NCBI RefSeq assembly: GCF_006345805.1
Contig: NC_043000.1
Coordinates: 3,968,001 to 4,032,000, forward strand
Reading direction: 5' to 3'
Source: Octopus sinensis
Taxonomy: Eukaryota
Length of the DNA stretch: 64,000 bases
Positions within the stretch are counted from its first letter, which is position 1; each line of letters begins with the position of its first letter. Of the stretch, positions 1-11,555 are shown piece by piece. The translations under genes and the position numbers were made by a program. The notes beneath the pieces are model-generated. The model had not been told where the DNA came from. It saw nothing but the letters and a program-made list of their open reading frames with translations, and made no database searches.

Positions 1-202
1 TTATTCTGTCAGATGTAATAATTATTTATTCACATTTTTTAATTAATCATGAATTGTTACATGGCTTTGATATATTGATGATGTGATTGTTTATTTCTTG
101 AATGACATTTTAGAGTAGGTGTGAAAGACTGGATCTGGCCAGTTTCAACATAAAACAGGTAGAATCTTTGGGCCTGATACAGCCAGTTCAGATGCTAAAG
201 GG
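1..202 (+). mobile_element. piggyBac-type non-autonomous MITE, family 1 (5' end outside window)
   Basis: Ends GCTAAAGGG|TTAA; internal sequence matches copies at 764-1367 and 63361-63580. Confidence 0.7.
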
Positions 203-763
203 TTAAGGGAAATTTGGTTGTTATTTCTTGCACAGTAGGTAACCATGCAGCTTATTGGAGTCTTGAGCATGCTAAATCTAGATTTCTGAAAGAAGTCTAT
301 ATTTTATATAAAGCATTTTTATTGATTATAATATTATTATGGGAATAAATTTTGGTAAAAATGATATAGTCCAGCTATGCCTATTATTCAGCATGCTAAT
401 TATCAAATTACATATATTAATATATTTAATCCCAATAATAAGTATCTGGAGTTAAAATAAATTCTTATGGGGGATTAAGTATGTATTTTGATATAACTTA
501 CACAAATTCAGATAAGCTTATAAATATAGCTAATTAGCTAATACATGTAGCTAATAAGACAATAAATCAGAAAGAAAGATGGGGTCCCTATTTTAAGTCC
601 AGATTGAAAAGCTTGAATCTAGCCCTGCTACTTAATGAAACTCTCATTAGTTCTACTTTTACAACTAGTAGACTGATTCAACAGAAGATAAGTATTTGAC
701 CATTGACAAAGTGTAGCCCTGGTGATAAGATTAGAACATTTGATGTGTCAGGCATCAATTTAA

Positions 764-1367
764 CTCTTTGGCATTGCCATTACTCTGTCAAATGTAATGC
801 TTATTTATTCACATTGTCTCCTAGCTTTGAGATTTCAATAATGTGATTGTTATTTTCAGAATAACATAAGCGCAGGAGTGGCTGTGTGGTAAATAACTTG
901 CTTACCAACCACATGGTTCCGGGTTCAGTCCCACTGCGTGGCATCTTGGGCAAGTGTCTTCTACTATAGTCTCGGGCCAACCAAAGCCTTGTGAGTGGAT
1001 TTGGTAGACGGAAACTGAAAGAAGCCCGTCGTATATATGTATGTATGTATGTATATATATATGTTTGTGTGTCTGTGTTTGTCCCCCTAGCATTGCTTGA
1101 CAACCGATGCTGGTGTGTTTACGTCGCCGTCACTTAGCGGTTCGGCAAAAGAGACCAATAGAATAGGTACTGGGCTTACAAAGAATAAGTCCTGGAGTCG
1201 ATTTGCTCGACTAAAGGCGGTGCTCCAGCATGGCCGCAGTCAAACGACTGAAACAAGTAAAAGAGAGTAAAGAGTAAAGTGTAGGTGTGAGAGGTCAGAT
1301 GTAGCCAGTTTGAATTTAATCAGGTAGAATATTTGGGTCTGATATGGTTAATTTAAATGCTAAAGAG
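764..1367 (+). mobile_element. piggyBac-type MITE family 1, split by SINE A
   Basis: Starts TTAA|CTCTTTGGCA; halves 764-866 and 1279-1367 join into a sequence collinear with 63361-63580. Confidence 0.65.
867..1278 (+). mobile_element. tRNA-derived SINE, family A (full length)
   Basis: A box TGGCTGTGTGG, B box GGTTCAGTCCC, internal (TA/TG)n, tail GACTGAAACAAGTAAAAGAG; about 20 copies in window. Confidence 0.9.
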
Positions 1368-3279
1368 AAAACATGCATTTTGTGACTTGCAGATCTGACA
1401 CATTTTATAATTCTTTTCGGAGACAACAGATGAAATTTATTTTAGCTCCAGATACTTATTATTTGGGATTAAATATATTAATATATGTAATTTGATAATT
1501 AGCATGCTAAATAATAGGCATAACTGGACTATATCATTTTTACCAAAATTTATTCCCAAAATAATATTATACTCAATAAAAATGTTTTATATAAATCCCT
1601 TTCTGGGGGGTTGATGTAACTGACTTTCTCATTCCCTCAAAATTGCTGACCTTGAGCAAAGTTGGAAAGAATTATCATCATCATCATCATCATCATTGCT
1701 ATTAAGGTGGCAAGCTGGCAGAACCGTTAGCATGCCTGGTAAAATCAGAAGAGAATCTTTTGTATTAAGAGAATCATGAACTGATATTCTTGTAGGACAA
1801 TACACTTGTACACATGCATGCAGGAAAACAAACAGGGATTTTCTGACTTCCATGGTACAATAAAGACATTTTATGAGTCTCTTGGAGACAACAGGCACAT
1901 TTTGTGGATATCTTAGGACAACAGATACACATTTTGTAACTCTGTAGAAGGGAACAGACAATTTTTGCAACTCTTTTGGAGTAACGGAGGTAGTTTTGAC
2001 TTTAGAGAGCATATTTTACGACGTTCAGGGGTAGATTTTACATCAGTTTTGCTAAGTTTGCAAGGGTGAGATGATTTATCTGTTAGAACAACTGTTTGTA
2101 TAACTGGATGGATGTACTTTTTGTTGTGAATCATTCAGGGAGCAAGTACAGATGAAAGATATTTAGTAATCAGAGGGACTTCAGCCACCAGTTAGTCGTC
2201 CTAGTCAAGGGCATAAAACAACAACAGTACTAAGATTTGAAATTACAACCATGTAGTCAGTAGTCACAAGTATTTTATATTATAAATATACTTTGTATAA
2301 TTACTGAGATTCATAGGTCCAGGTAGTAACTGAGGTTTTTGTTCAGTTATGTGTGGTAGAACAAATATAACTGGGTTGGATGGTTCCAGCAAAACTTTAT
2401 TTATTATTTGATCATATAGCTTGATTTAGTTTACTCCTGTGGTGGAAGTAAATCAATGTTTGTTGATTCTTTCCTGCTTTTGAATCTTTCTCTCTCTCTT
2501 ATGCTTAAATGAAACATCTATTTATCTTTCATTCATTGATATTGTCTCGATTTGTTGACAGACTTTCCTGTTCTACAAACTACAACAGGAAAATATATCA
2601 ACAATAGCAAATAATATGGATTTAGTGCCTTTTTTTTCTTTTTGCTCTTTTTTTTTTATAAAACTGATCTGGGAAAAGTATTTACAATCCAGCTGAAGAA
2701 GCCAAAGATTTTCCTATCACGTGGCAAGAGGCTGAAGCTTGTGGCATCCTTGTCAACTCATGAAGACTGTTTGATGTTGCTAGATTGATTTCTTTGCCGC
2801 AATCTTCTGTAAATACTTTTCTGCTAACCTTTGCACAGATTTAAATTAAATCTCTTGTCTTCTCATGTTAGGTTGCCTGTATTCGGTATGTTTTACAATA
2901 GACAACAGAGAAATCCTATCATTTCTTAGCTTGTCCACTTGCTGCAAGATAATCTCAGTTATAAATATTAATTTGATTCTTTATAGCAAGAATTTTCTCT
3001 CTGATCTCACTCTCTTTGACTCAAGTAGTTATAGATTAACTTTTTTTTTCCTCTTTTCACCTCTGGGATTTTATATTCATCCTCTCCATTTCCTTCTATC
3101 ACATATGTATTGAACAAGACATATATTCATTTAAGTCTTCCTTTGTGTGTGTATATTTGGATGTGTGTGTGTGTGTGTATCCTCTTATGAAAATGTATGT
3201 ATATTTGTGTATGTGTTTGTACATATATCCTTTTATGAAAATGTGTGTGTATTAATGTATGAGTGTGTGTGTGTGTGTA

Positions 3280-3595
3280 TCATCGTTGTCATGTTTAACG
3301 TCCACTTTCCGTGCTGGCAGAGGACTGGCAAGCCAGGAGGCTACACCACACTCCAATCTGATCTGGCAAGGTTTCTACAGCTGGATGCTCTTCCTGATGC
3401 CAACCACTCTGAGAGTGCAGTGGGTGCTTTTTACGTGCCACCAGTATGAGGGTCAGTCAGGTGGTACTGGCATCGATTACACTTGAATTGTGCTTTTTAC
3501 CTACCATTAGCACAGGAACCAGTCAGGTGGCACTGGCAATGACCACGCAAGAATGGTGCTTTTTATGTGCCACCGGCATGGGAGTTAGTCAGGCA
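3280..3595 (-). mobile_element. SINE-like repeat, family C ((GAT)n-tailed)
   Basis: Shared motif CAGCTGGATGC(C/T)CTTCCT(A/G)A(C/T)GCCAACCAC and TTTAACGTCC tail junction; about 16 copies. Confidence 0.75.
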
Positions 3596-3682
3596 ATATG
3601 TGTGTGTGTGTGCGTGTGTGTGTGTTTAGTGCAAACAGGAAAAATAGAACTCAAAATATGAGTATATGTATATTTTTTATCA

Positions 3683-3932
3683 ATGTTTAGCTGAAGTAAC
3701 AGAGTCACTCAAGGTCTGTGAGTTTAGTGCATTGACACCTACCAAACTAGTCCCAAGTTGAAGACTTGTGAATTTATATAGCTGTTGATAACTAGATATA
3801 AGGAAATATATATATATATATTTATCAACAGCTATATGACCTCACAGGTCTTTGACCAGTGACTTGCTTGATAAGTGTCAGTACATGAAGCTCTCAGACC
3901 TTGACTCACTCTGTTACGTTTGCTAAATATTA
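3683..3932. repeat. Imperfect ~250-bp palindrome (foldback MITE-like) centred on (TA)n
   Basis: Arms pair: GTAACAGAGTCACTCAAGGTCTG / CAGACCTTGACTCACTCTGTTAC and ATATAGCTGTTGATAA / TTATCAACAGCTATAT. Confidence 0.8.
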
Positions 3933-5446
3933 ATAATATATATATGTATGTAAACACACATATACATAATATATAATATATACATGCACATATATATGTT
4001 TAAGTGTGTATACATGTATATCTATACATAAGTACAAACATAATTTACTTATTTGCAATCACATGATTTTGGGTTCAGTCTCACTTATCAGCTCTTTAGG
4101 CAAGCGTTTTCCCACTATAACCCCCACCCCATTCTTGTCAGCTGGTGTTTGTTTGTTTATGTCCCCCCCCCCCTTCAGCAAAAAGACTGATCAAATAAAT
4201 ACCAGACTTAAGAAACACCTAAGTACTGAGGTTGATTTGTTTGACTAAAACTCTTCAAACCGATGTTGTAGCATGGCCACAATCCAATAACTGAAACAAA
4301 TAAATGATAAAAAAAGAAAAGAAATACTGTATTATATACAGTACATGCAAGAATGGAGGTAACTATATTACATTTATTCTTTCATTAAGATCATTTCAAC
4401 AATATATGGTTCAGAGACATCGGGAATACAAATATAAATGATTATCTAATATTTGTAATATTACAAAATTTTTATTACTTGTGGTCCATGTTCATCTCGT
4501 CAGACAAAGGTAAAAAAAAAGATCATTATTGCTTTTATCTTCTGGTTAGTCCTTACTACCAAAGCCATGCAAGTCATGACCACCACCACCCTGTCTTTTA
4601 TTCAGGCATAGTGTATCTTGGGCTACATCATCCAATTTGTCTTTCGTTTTTTAAGGCACCATGGTGATTGGAGAGAAATTTAGTTGCTATTTCTAGCAAG
4701 TTTAGTGATCACATACAGCAGACATGGACATCGTTTTTCCAGAAGCATGTCACATGAGACATGGCTCTTCATTAGGTGGGCCATCCTACTAAAAAACACT
4801 CAAGGTAATTTTCCATGAGCTGCAGTTTGCCCACGACTGACATAGAGGTTCAGTTGGCTCGACAAAATGAAGTTGAAAATCTTTATTGTGGCAAAAATAG
4901 GATCTTGGTTGCTCCCACAATAAAACTCTACTGAAGGACCCAGTTCAGTGACTCACAGAGCGAGAACTGGATGAGAAACGATTCCACTGGAAAACTCAAC
5001 TCTCTTCCATTTTCAAGACAGAAAATTGCACATTTTAGTATAATTAATTGTCTACGTTCATCACTATAGAAACTGTCACATCAAAGGTAATAATAATGTC
5101 ATTATATTGGTTTATTGGTATGATATCTGACTAATTAATATGTACTGACTAAAGTAATAAATTATAATTATATTTACTACCATTAAGGGAACCTTTATGT
5201 GATCAATAAAACTACTTTAGCTAAAGCTCTCTAACCAAATCACACACCTTACCATCTTGAGAAAGGGAAGGATATATTTGATACTGTATTTCTGAATATA
5301 TTCTCCAAAGATTGGATGATTATGGTTGGAAGGCTTTTAATAATAAGTCTTCTCAATCAAGGATGAGTTCGAGTTAAATGATCACTACTACTTTTACATT
5401 CAACAAAATTTTACCTCTACTCTTTTGCTGAAAGTAATTTATCACA

Positions 5447-6140
5447 TAGGCACAGGTGTTGCTGTGTGGTAAGAAGCTTGCTCCCCAACCACATGGTTCT
5501 GGGTTCAGTCCCACTGCATGGCACCTTGGGCGTCTTCTACTTTAGCATCAGGCTGACCAAGCCTTGTGAGTAAATTTGGTAGATGGAAACTGAAAGAAGC
5601 CCATTGTGTGTATATATCATCATCATCATTTAACATCCACTCGCCATACTGGCATGTGTATGATGGTTTGACTGGAGCTGATGAGCCAGAGAGCTGCACC
5701 AGGTTCCAGTCTGATTTGGCATGGTTTCTACAGCTAGATGTCCTTCCTAATGCCAACCACTCCAGGAGTGTGGTGGGTACTTTTACATGCCACTTGCACG
5801 GGTGCAGGGTACCTGACATTGGCAATGACCATGACTATGGTTCATGGATGGGTGCCATTTACTTGGCACCGGCAATGACCCTGACGATTCATGGGTGCCA
5901 TTTGCATGGCACCAGCAATAACTATAACCAACGATCATGATTCCCAAGGTGCCAATGTACATGGCACTGGTATCAACCATGACGATTCACAGGTGCCATT
6001 TACATGGTACCATCAACAATAGAATAACTAACAGGCTTTATAAAAATAAGTACTGGGGATCGATTCATTCTACTAAAAATTCTTCAAGGCGGTGCCCCAG
6101 CATGGCCACAGTCTAATGACTGAAACATATAAAAGATAAC
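5447..6140 (+). mobile_element. SINE A interrupted by an antisense family C copy (5615-6015)
   Basis: A head at 5447-5612, A tail resumes ~6018. Confidence 0.75.
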
Positions 6141-6450
6141 AGATTAAAGAAAGACCCACTGTAATTTCTAGCATACAAGTAGAATTTTCCCAACTAAAAT
6201 TTACAGAGAAAAGTTTGGTCTGAAATTTTATGTTAACCAAGACAGCTTTGGAGAACCCAAAATTCCATGTGAAATACAACAGGCTTCGTGAAGATAGTGA
6301 CAATGTTTGAGTGTTTACACTATGTTTGCATGACATTAAATACTACATCATCTTGTATGTCTGAAAATATGGTACAATGGCTCCTTACTTAGTACATTGG
6401 TATATCAAAGCTAGTAGTGCATTATTTTATTGCAATTTGATAGAAATCTA

Positions 6451-6668
6451 TAAGGTGGCAAGCTGGCAGAATGGTTACTGTACCAGACAAAATGCTTAGC
6501 AAAATTTCTTCTGACTTTACATTCTGAGTTCAAATGTCGCTGTGGTTGACTTTGCTGTTCATCTTTTTGGAGTCGATGAAATAAGTACCAGCTAAATACT
6601 GGGGTCAATGTAATTGTCTTATTCCCTCCCTGAAATGTTGGCCTCATGCCAAAATTTGAAACCAGTAT
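6451..6668 (+). mobile_element. tRNA-derived SINE, family B (older copy)
   Basis: GGTGGCAAGCTGGCAGAA head, GAGTTCAAAT B box, degenerate central GCCTTTCATCCTTTCGGGGTCGAT domain. Confidence 0.75.
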
Positions 6669-6775
6669 GATAGAAATCCAATTTGTTCTACTAAACCCTT
6701 GAAGGCAGTGCTCCAGCATGGCTACTGCCCAATGACTGAAACAAGTTAAAAAAGTAAAAAAAAAAGTAAGTTAGA

Positions 6776-7200
6776 TAGGCGCAGGAGTGGCTGTGTGGTA
6801 AGTAGCTTGCTAACCAACTACATGCTTCCAGGTTCAGTCCCACTGCGTGGCATCTTGGGCAAGTGTCTTCTGCTATAGCCTCGGGCCGACCAATGCCTTG
6901 TGAGTGGATTTGATAGACGGAAACTGAAAGAAGCCTGTCGTATATATGCATATATATATATGTGTGTGTGTGTATGTATTTGTGTGTCTGTTTGTACCCC
7001 TAGCATTGCTTGACAACCGATGCTGGTGTGTTTACATCCCCGTCACTTAGCGGTTTGGCAAAAGAGACCGATAGAATAAGTACTGGGCTTACAAAGAAAA
7101 GTCCCGGGGTCGAGTTGCTCGATTAAAGGCGGTGCTCCAGCATGGCCGCAGTCAAATGACTGAAAGAAGTAAAAGAGTAAAAGAGAAAGGGTAAAGAGAG
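6776..7200 (+). mobile_element. SINE A, full length
   Basis: High identity to 867-1278. Confidence 0.9.
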
Positions 7201-7678
7201 TATGAACCTGAACAGCTGAGACAAAACCTCAAACCATTCTATAAACACGATCGGTGTCATAAACTTTCTATAATAATCATATGACTGACAGGGAGTCACT
7301 GGATTTAGACATCCACCTTCCGAAATTATGAATCGCTGCCAATTCATGTTGGCTTACTTCCATACACTAGAGTTCTCATTATTTTCTATTACCAGAAATA
7401 ATTTACAATATTGACATTTGGGCTCAGCCAACGGATTACATGGCTGCAGTGAAGAGAGCTTAAAAATGTATCAAGGATCTGTAATAAAATTTCTAAGTCT
7501 TCACACTGCTTCGAAGCAGCAGACAAATTGGCTGGCGGCAAAGAAGCTGTAATACTAGTACTTGTTACTGACTGTCAAGTGCTAGTGTTAACAATGCCAG
7601 TTCATAAGTATGGTCAGTTTCTAGAAGCATCACTCATACTAAACACCGACAACAATCAACGCATAAATAACATAACAA

Positions 7679-7720
<42 letters not shown>

Positions 7721-7939
7721 TGAGTGTGTGTGTGTGTGTGTGACATGCTGGGATTTTCACTGAATTAATTGGAGAATTTTTATCACATCATTCAGCTATT
7801 TCTGATACACATCAAAGATATTTTGAGAGAAAACTAGATGATAACGGAAGGAGATTGAACCAATATAAAATCTATGTTATAAACATATCGTTACTGGAAA
7901 TATAGCTTCCTGTCTTAATGATGCTAATTACTATCAACA

Positions 7940-8143
7940 TGGGCACCTGTGTCGGTGGCACATAAAATCACCCACTACACTCTCGGAGTGGTTGGCATTA
8001 GGAAGGGCATCCGGCTGTAGAAACACTGCCAGATCTGACTGGCTTGGTGCAGCCTTCGAGCTTGCCAGACCCCAGTTGAACCGTCCAACCCATGCTAGTA
8101 TGGAAAGCGGACGTTAAACGATGATGATGATGATGATGATGAT
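7940..8143 (+). mobile_element. Family C repeat, 5'-truncated, (GAT)n tail
   Basis: GGAAGGGCATCCGGCTGTAGAAAC...GGACGTTAAAC(GAT)n. Confidence 0.8.
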
Positions 8144-8479
8144 GGGCTAATGCTTAAAAGAGTATGCTATAGAAGGTGCCTTAAACAGTTGATTCTTTAT
8201 ATGCACAGATATGCTGACATATGCCTGCAACACATGCATGTGTATGCATAGATAAAAACACACACACACACATACTAATATATACATGCACACAATCATG
8301 TATGAATGCTTAGAATCATTGATAAAACTGGTTGTGTGGCAATAAGATACCTAATCGGTAGTGGAAGTCAGTTGGATACCAGCCACCATCTCATACAGCT
8401 CAATTTGAAACAAGGACTTGGATGCAATCATAAAACAAACCAAGATAATCATAGTCTCAAAAGTGAGGCCTATTTTGTT

Positions 8480-9378
8480 TTTTGTTAAGTTCTTTTCCTG
8501 AGTTTGTCTGATGATGACCAGTGCCCATGACCTTTGTAGGTGCTCCAAGACTTGTGAGATTTTTGGGAAAAATTTAGGCGAGTAGGAAATTCTAGAGCTA
8601 ATATTTTTTGGGGGAAGGTTTTGGCAAAGTTGCTCTTATGGGGGACCTTGGCACAAAACTCAGAAGAGGTGACATGAGAAAGAGAGACAGGTGTGTCTGT
8701 TGGGCCTGAATAGATGTGCAGTGGATGTAACTAGTTCAAAAGAGCAGAGAAGCCACTGCAGTAGCAACCGAATCACTAGAGTATGAAGACAGCATGTCTG
8801 TTAACAGAGGTCATGGTGTGTTGGTATGAAACTCTTTGCCAAATAGTCAGATGACCTTCTTTTAGATGTATAAAATGCTTGTATGCAGGTAGCAGCATCC
8901 ACATAGAAGGGCCAAGTACTCCAGAGTAGGTTTTATTTCAGCTCCGCGGAGAGTTACTAATTGATCAGAGCTCGGAAGTATAACACTAATTATAGTGATA
9001 CAACCGTAGTTATATTTTGGGTTGGGGGTTCGAGAAAGAAATCAGAGCTTTTGCGTTTTGAAAGAAATCAAAGTCCAACGTATGTTGTGATTTTGGTGGT
9101 TTTATTTGTGCTGTCCAAGACTACTATGATTGTGTCACAGAATTATATCCTTGATATGAGCATTGACTGTGTCTGTGTTATTGAAATAAGCAAGATTGTC
9201 ATGACCTGAGTGAATTTTTTCAAGGTCTCATCTCATGGTAGTGATACAGATTTGATGTATAACATCTCTGTTACATATAGATGCTATCTGTAAGTGGAAG
9301 GTGAAGGCAGAATGAAGAGTTTTATCATTTGCATTGCAGTTGGTGATATTAGAGGTGACAGCAAGTAAATCATTACTC
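8480..9378 (-). pseudogene. Highly degenerate LINE reverse-transcriptase C-terminal remnant (CR1/L2/Jockey group)
   Basis: Minus-strand NDLLAVTSNITNCNANDKTLH resembles INDL...YADD.TL; downstream IKPTLEY resembles the IRP.LEY motif. Confidence 0.55.
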
Positions 9379-9750
9379 TTTACTCTTTTACTTGTTTCAG
9401 TCATTTGACTGTGGCCATGCTGGAGCACCACCTTTAGTCGAGCAAATCGACCCCAGGACTTATTCTTTGTAAGCCTAGTACTTATTCTATCAGTCTCTTT
9501 TGCCGAACCGCTAAGTTACAGGGACGTAAACACACCAGCATTGGTTGTCAAGCGATGTTGGGAGGACAAACACAGATACACAAACACACACATACATATA
9601 TATACATATATACGACGGGCTTCTTTCAGTTTCCGTCTGCCAAATCCACTCACAAGGCTTTGGTCGGCCCAAGGTGTCACATAGTGGGACTGAACCCTGA
9701 ACCATGCGGTTGGTAAGCAAGCTACTTACCACACACCCACTCCTACACCT
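9375..9750 (-). mobile_element. SINE A
   Basis: Reverse complement of family A, small internal deletion. Confidence 0.85.
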
Positions 9751-10379
9751 ATTAATATAGCAAAAAAAAAAAAAAGAGAAGAAGAATGCAGGAAACATAA
9801 CTGATTTTGAACTCACTGGAATCAACACAGCATTAGACAGAAAGGATTCCCATCAGTGCACACTGTGATGCAGCTCTGTAGTGATCATTCCATCTTTGTT
9901 AAATTATTTTTCCATGCTAGTGGCATGAAAAGAAGTATCTACTACACAGTGTAAAGTGGTTGGTATCAGGAAGGGCATCCAGCTACAGAAACCATGCCCA
10001 AGCAGACACTGGAGCATAATGCAGTCCTTGGACCCATTTGATCCTGTCAAATTGTCCAATTTATGCCTGCATGGAATTTATCATCATTTGACTTCTGTTT
10101 CCCATGCTGGCATGGGTTGGACAGTTTGACAGGAGTTGCCCAGGTTCCATGTCTGTTTTGGCATGGTTTCTACAGCTAGACATTAAATAATGCTGATGAT
10201 GACAATAACATCATCATCATCAGCTCCTTGTATTAAAAAGATAGAAAATAACAATTCTTTCACTATATCAAATACAGGTAGAATGCTAGCATTAACTCTT
10301 TTGATACCAACCTGCTTGAGGAGAGTACCTCTGCTTTTATCTTATATTTTAATATATTTCTTTATGAATTAAAACATCT

Positions 10380-10726
10380 CTTTTACTTGTTTCAGTCATT
10401 TGACTGTGACCATGCTAGAGCGCCGCCTTAGTCAAAGAAATCAACCCCGGGACTTATTCTTTGTAAGCCTAGTGCTTATTCTATCGGTTGTCAAGCGATG
10501 TTGGGGGACAAATACAGACACACAAATACACACACACACACACACTCTTACATACATATATACGACGGGCCTCTTTCAGTTTGCGTCTACCAAATCCACT
10601 CACAAGGCTTTGGTTGGCCTGAGACTATAGTAAAAAAAAAAAGCCCAAGGTGCCACGCAGTGGGACTGAACCCGGAACCATGTGGTTGGTAAGCAAGCTA
10701 CTTACCACACAGCTACTCCTGCGCCT
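10380..10726 (-). mobile_element. SINE A
   Basis: Reverse complement of family A, internal deletion. Confidence 0.85.
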
Positions 10727-11124
10727 CTCACAATGACAAAGCTATTTTATTACAGTCCGTTCAAATTGTTGAATATTTTCAGAATAACCTGAAGCACTCA
10801 GGCTGTGTATTTCAGAAGAAAATTATGGTCATGAAACGGTTAAACCTGGTCCATTGACATCAGCCAGTCAATATTTCTTAGTATACATGTAATATTGGAC
10901 ATCTATAAGGAGATTGCAAAAATTGCTTTGCAAGTATAACTGAACTATAAATATCCAAATTACTTTCCACAATTATATTACTTATGTGAATTTATATCTA
11001 CTGTGGCTGTTGGGAAATTACTAAACAGAGCAACAGACATGTATAATTGCTGTCTACTTACCAAATGGATAGCTTATTATTACGTTTCACATGATCATTA
11101 TCATCAGTTTACATATGCTTTTTC

Positions 11125-11499
11125 AAAGACCTAGGCTGCATTCCCCCAACGGGTGCTATCCGCCTTGGACGACCTGGCCCAAAACCTAGGCTCATCAAGT
11201 TGTCTTTTACGGACCCCACTGAGGCAACCTCTTACCATCTGGCCTCAGTTAAAGCTGGGCGGGAAAATCGGACCACCTTCCGAACACGCCCAGGCTTACC
11301 GTCCAATGTACGTCCGAAGCTACGTGTAGTGGCTTCCCTGAATAGGAACTCAGCTCTACAGGAAAGCTTCAGTCTTCGGGAAGATGGACAAATCTGGAGA
11401 TTTGTCAAGACTGCTGAAACGTGGAAGAGAGATACCAGCTGGTCTGAGTGCTCTCTACCCACAATAACTAAAAAGACTACAGCAACTCAGGGAAACTAA
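11125..11499 (+). pseudogene. LINE ORF1 C-terminal remnant
   Basis: Open frame KDLGCIPPTGAIRLGRPGPKPRLIKLSF...QGN*; RLG...PRL.K..F is typical of CR1/L2 ORF1. Confidence 0.6.
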
Positions 11500-11555
11500 G
11501 CCAGAACAACCTGCCATCCTCTACACACCATCATAAACTGCGAGCAGGGTACAAA

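Larger units (their letters stand above)
303..1595. mobile_element. Foldback/TIR element with ~160-bp near-perfect terminal inverted repeats, carrying nested insertions
   Basis: 303-460 is the reverse complement of 1437-1595 with few mismatches; no clear TSD. Confidence 0.75.

Noticed and set aside
801-1103. Recurrent 60-150 aa ORFs such as DGLLSVSVYQIHSQGFG and FLQLDALPNANH
   Set aside because: Chance open frames in SINE A and family C copies.
1629-2134. Minus-strand ORFs of 127 and 73 aa in unique sequence
   Set aside because: No recognisable motif, overlapping frames, no convincing splice sites, and the end runs into SINE and (GAT)n.
2688-2752. Hammerhead-like CTGAAGA-AGCC...GGCT-GAAG
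   Set aside because: GAAA and cleavage site not satisfied; no stem I.
4931-4985. CTGAAGGA-hairpin-GAAAC
   Set aside because: Core spacing wrong; no stem I or III.
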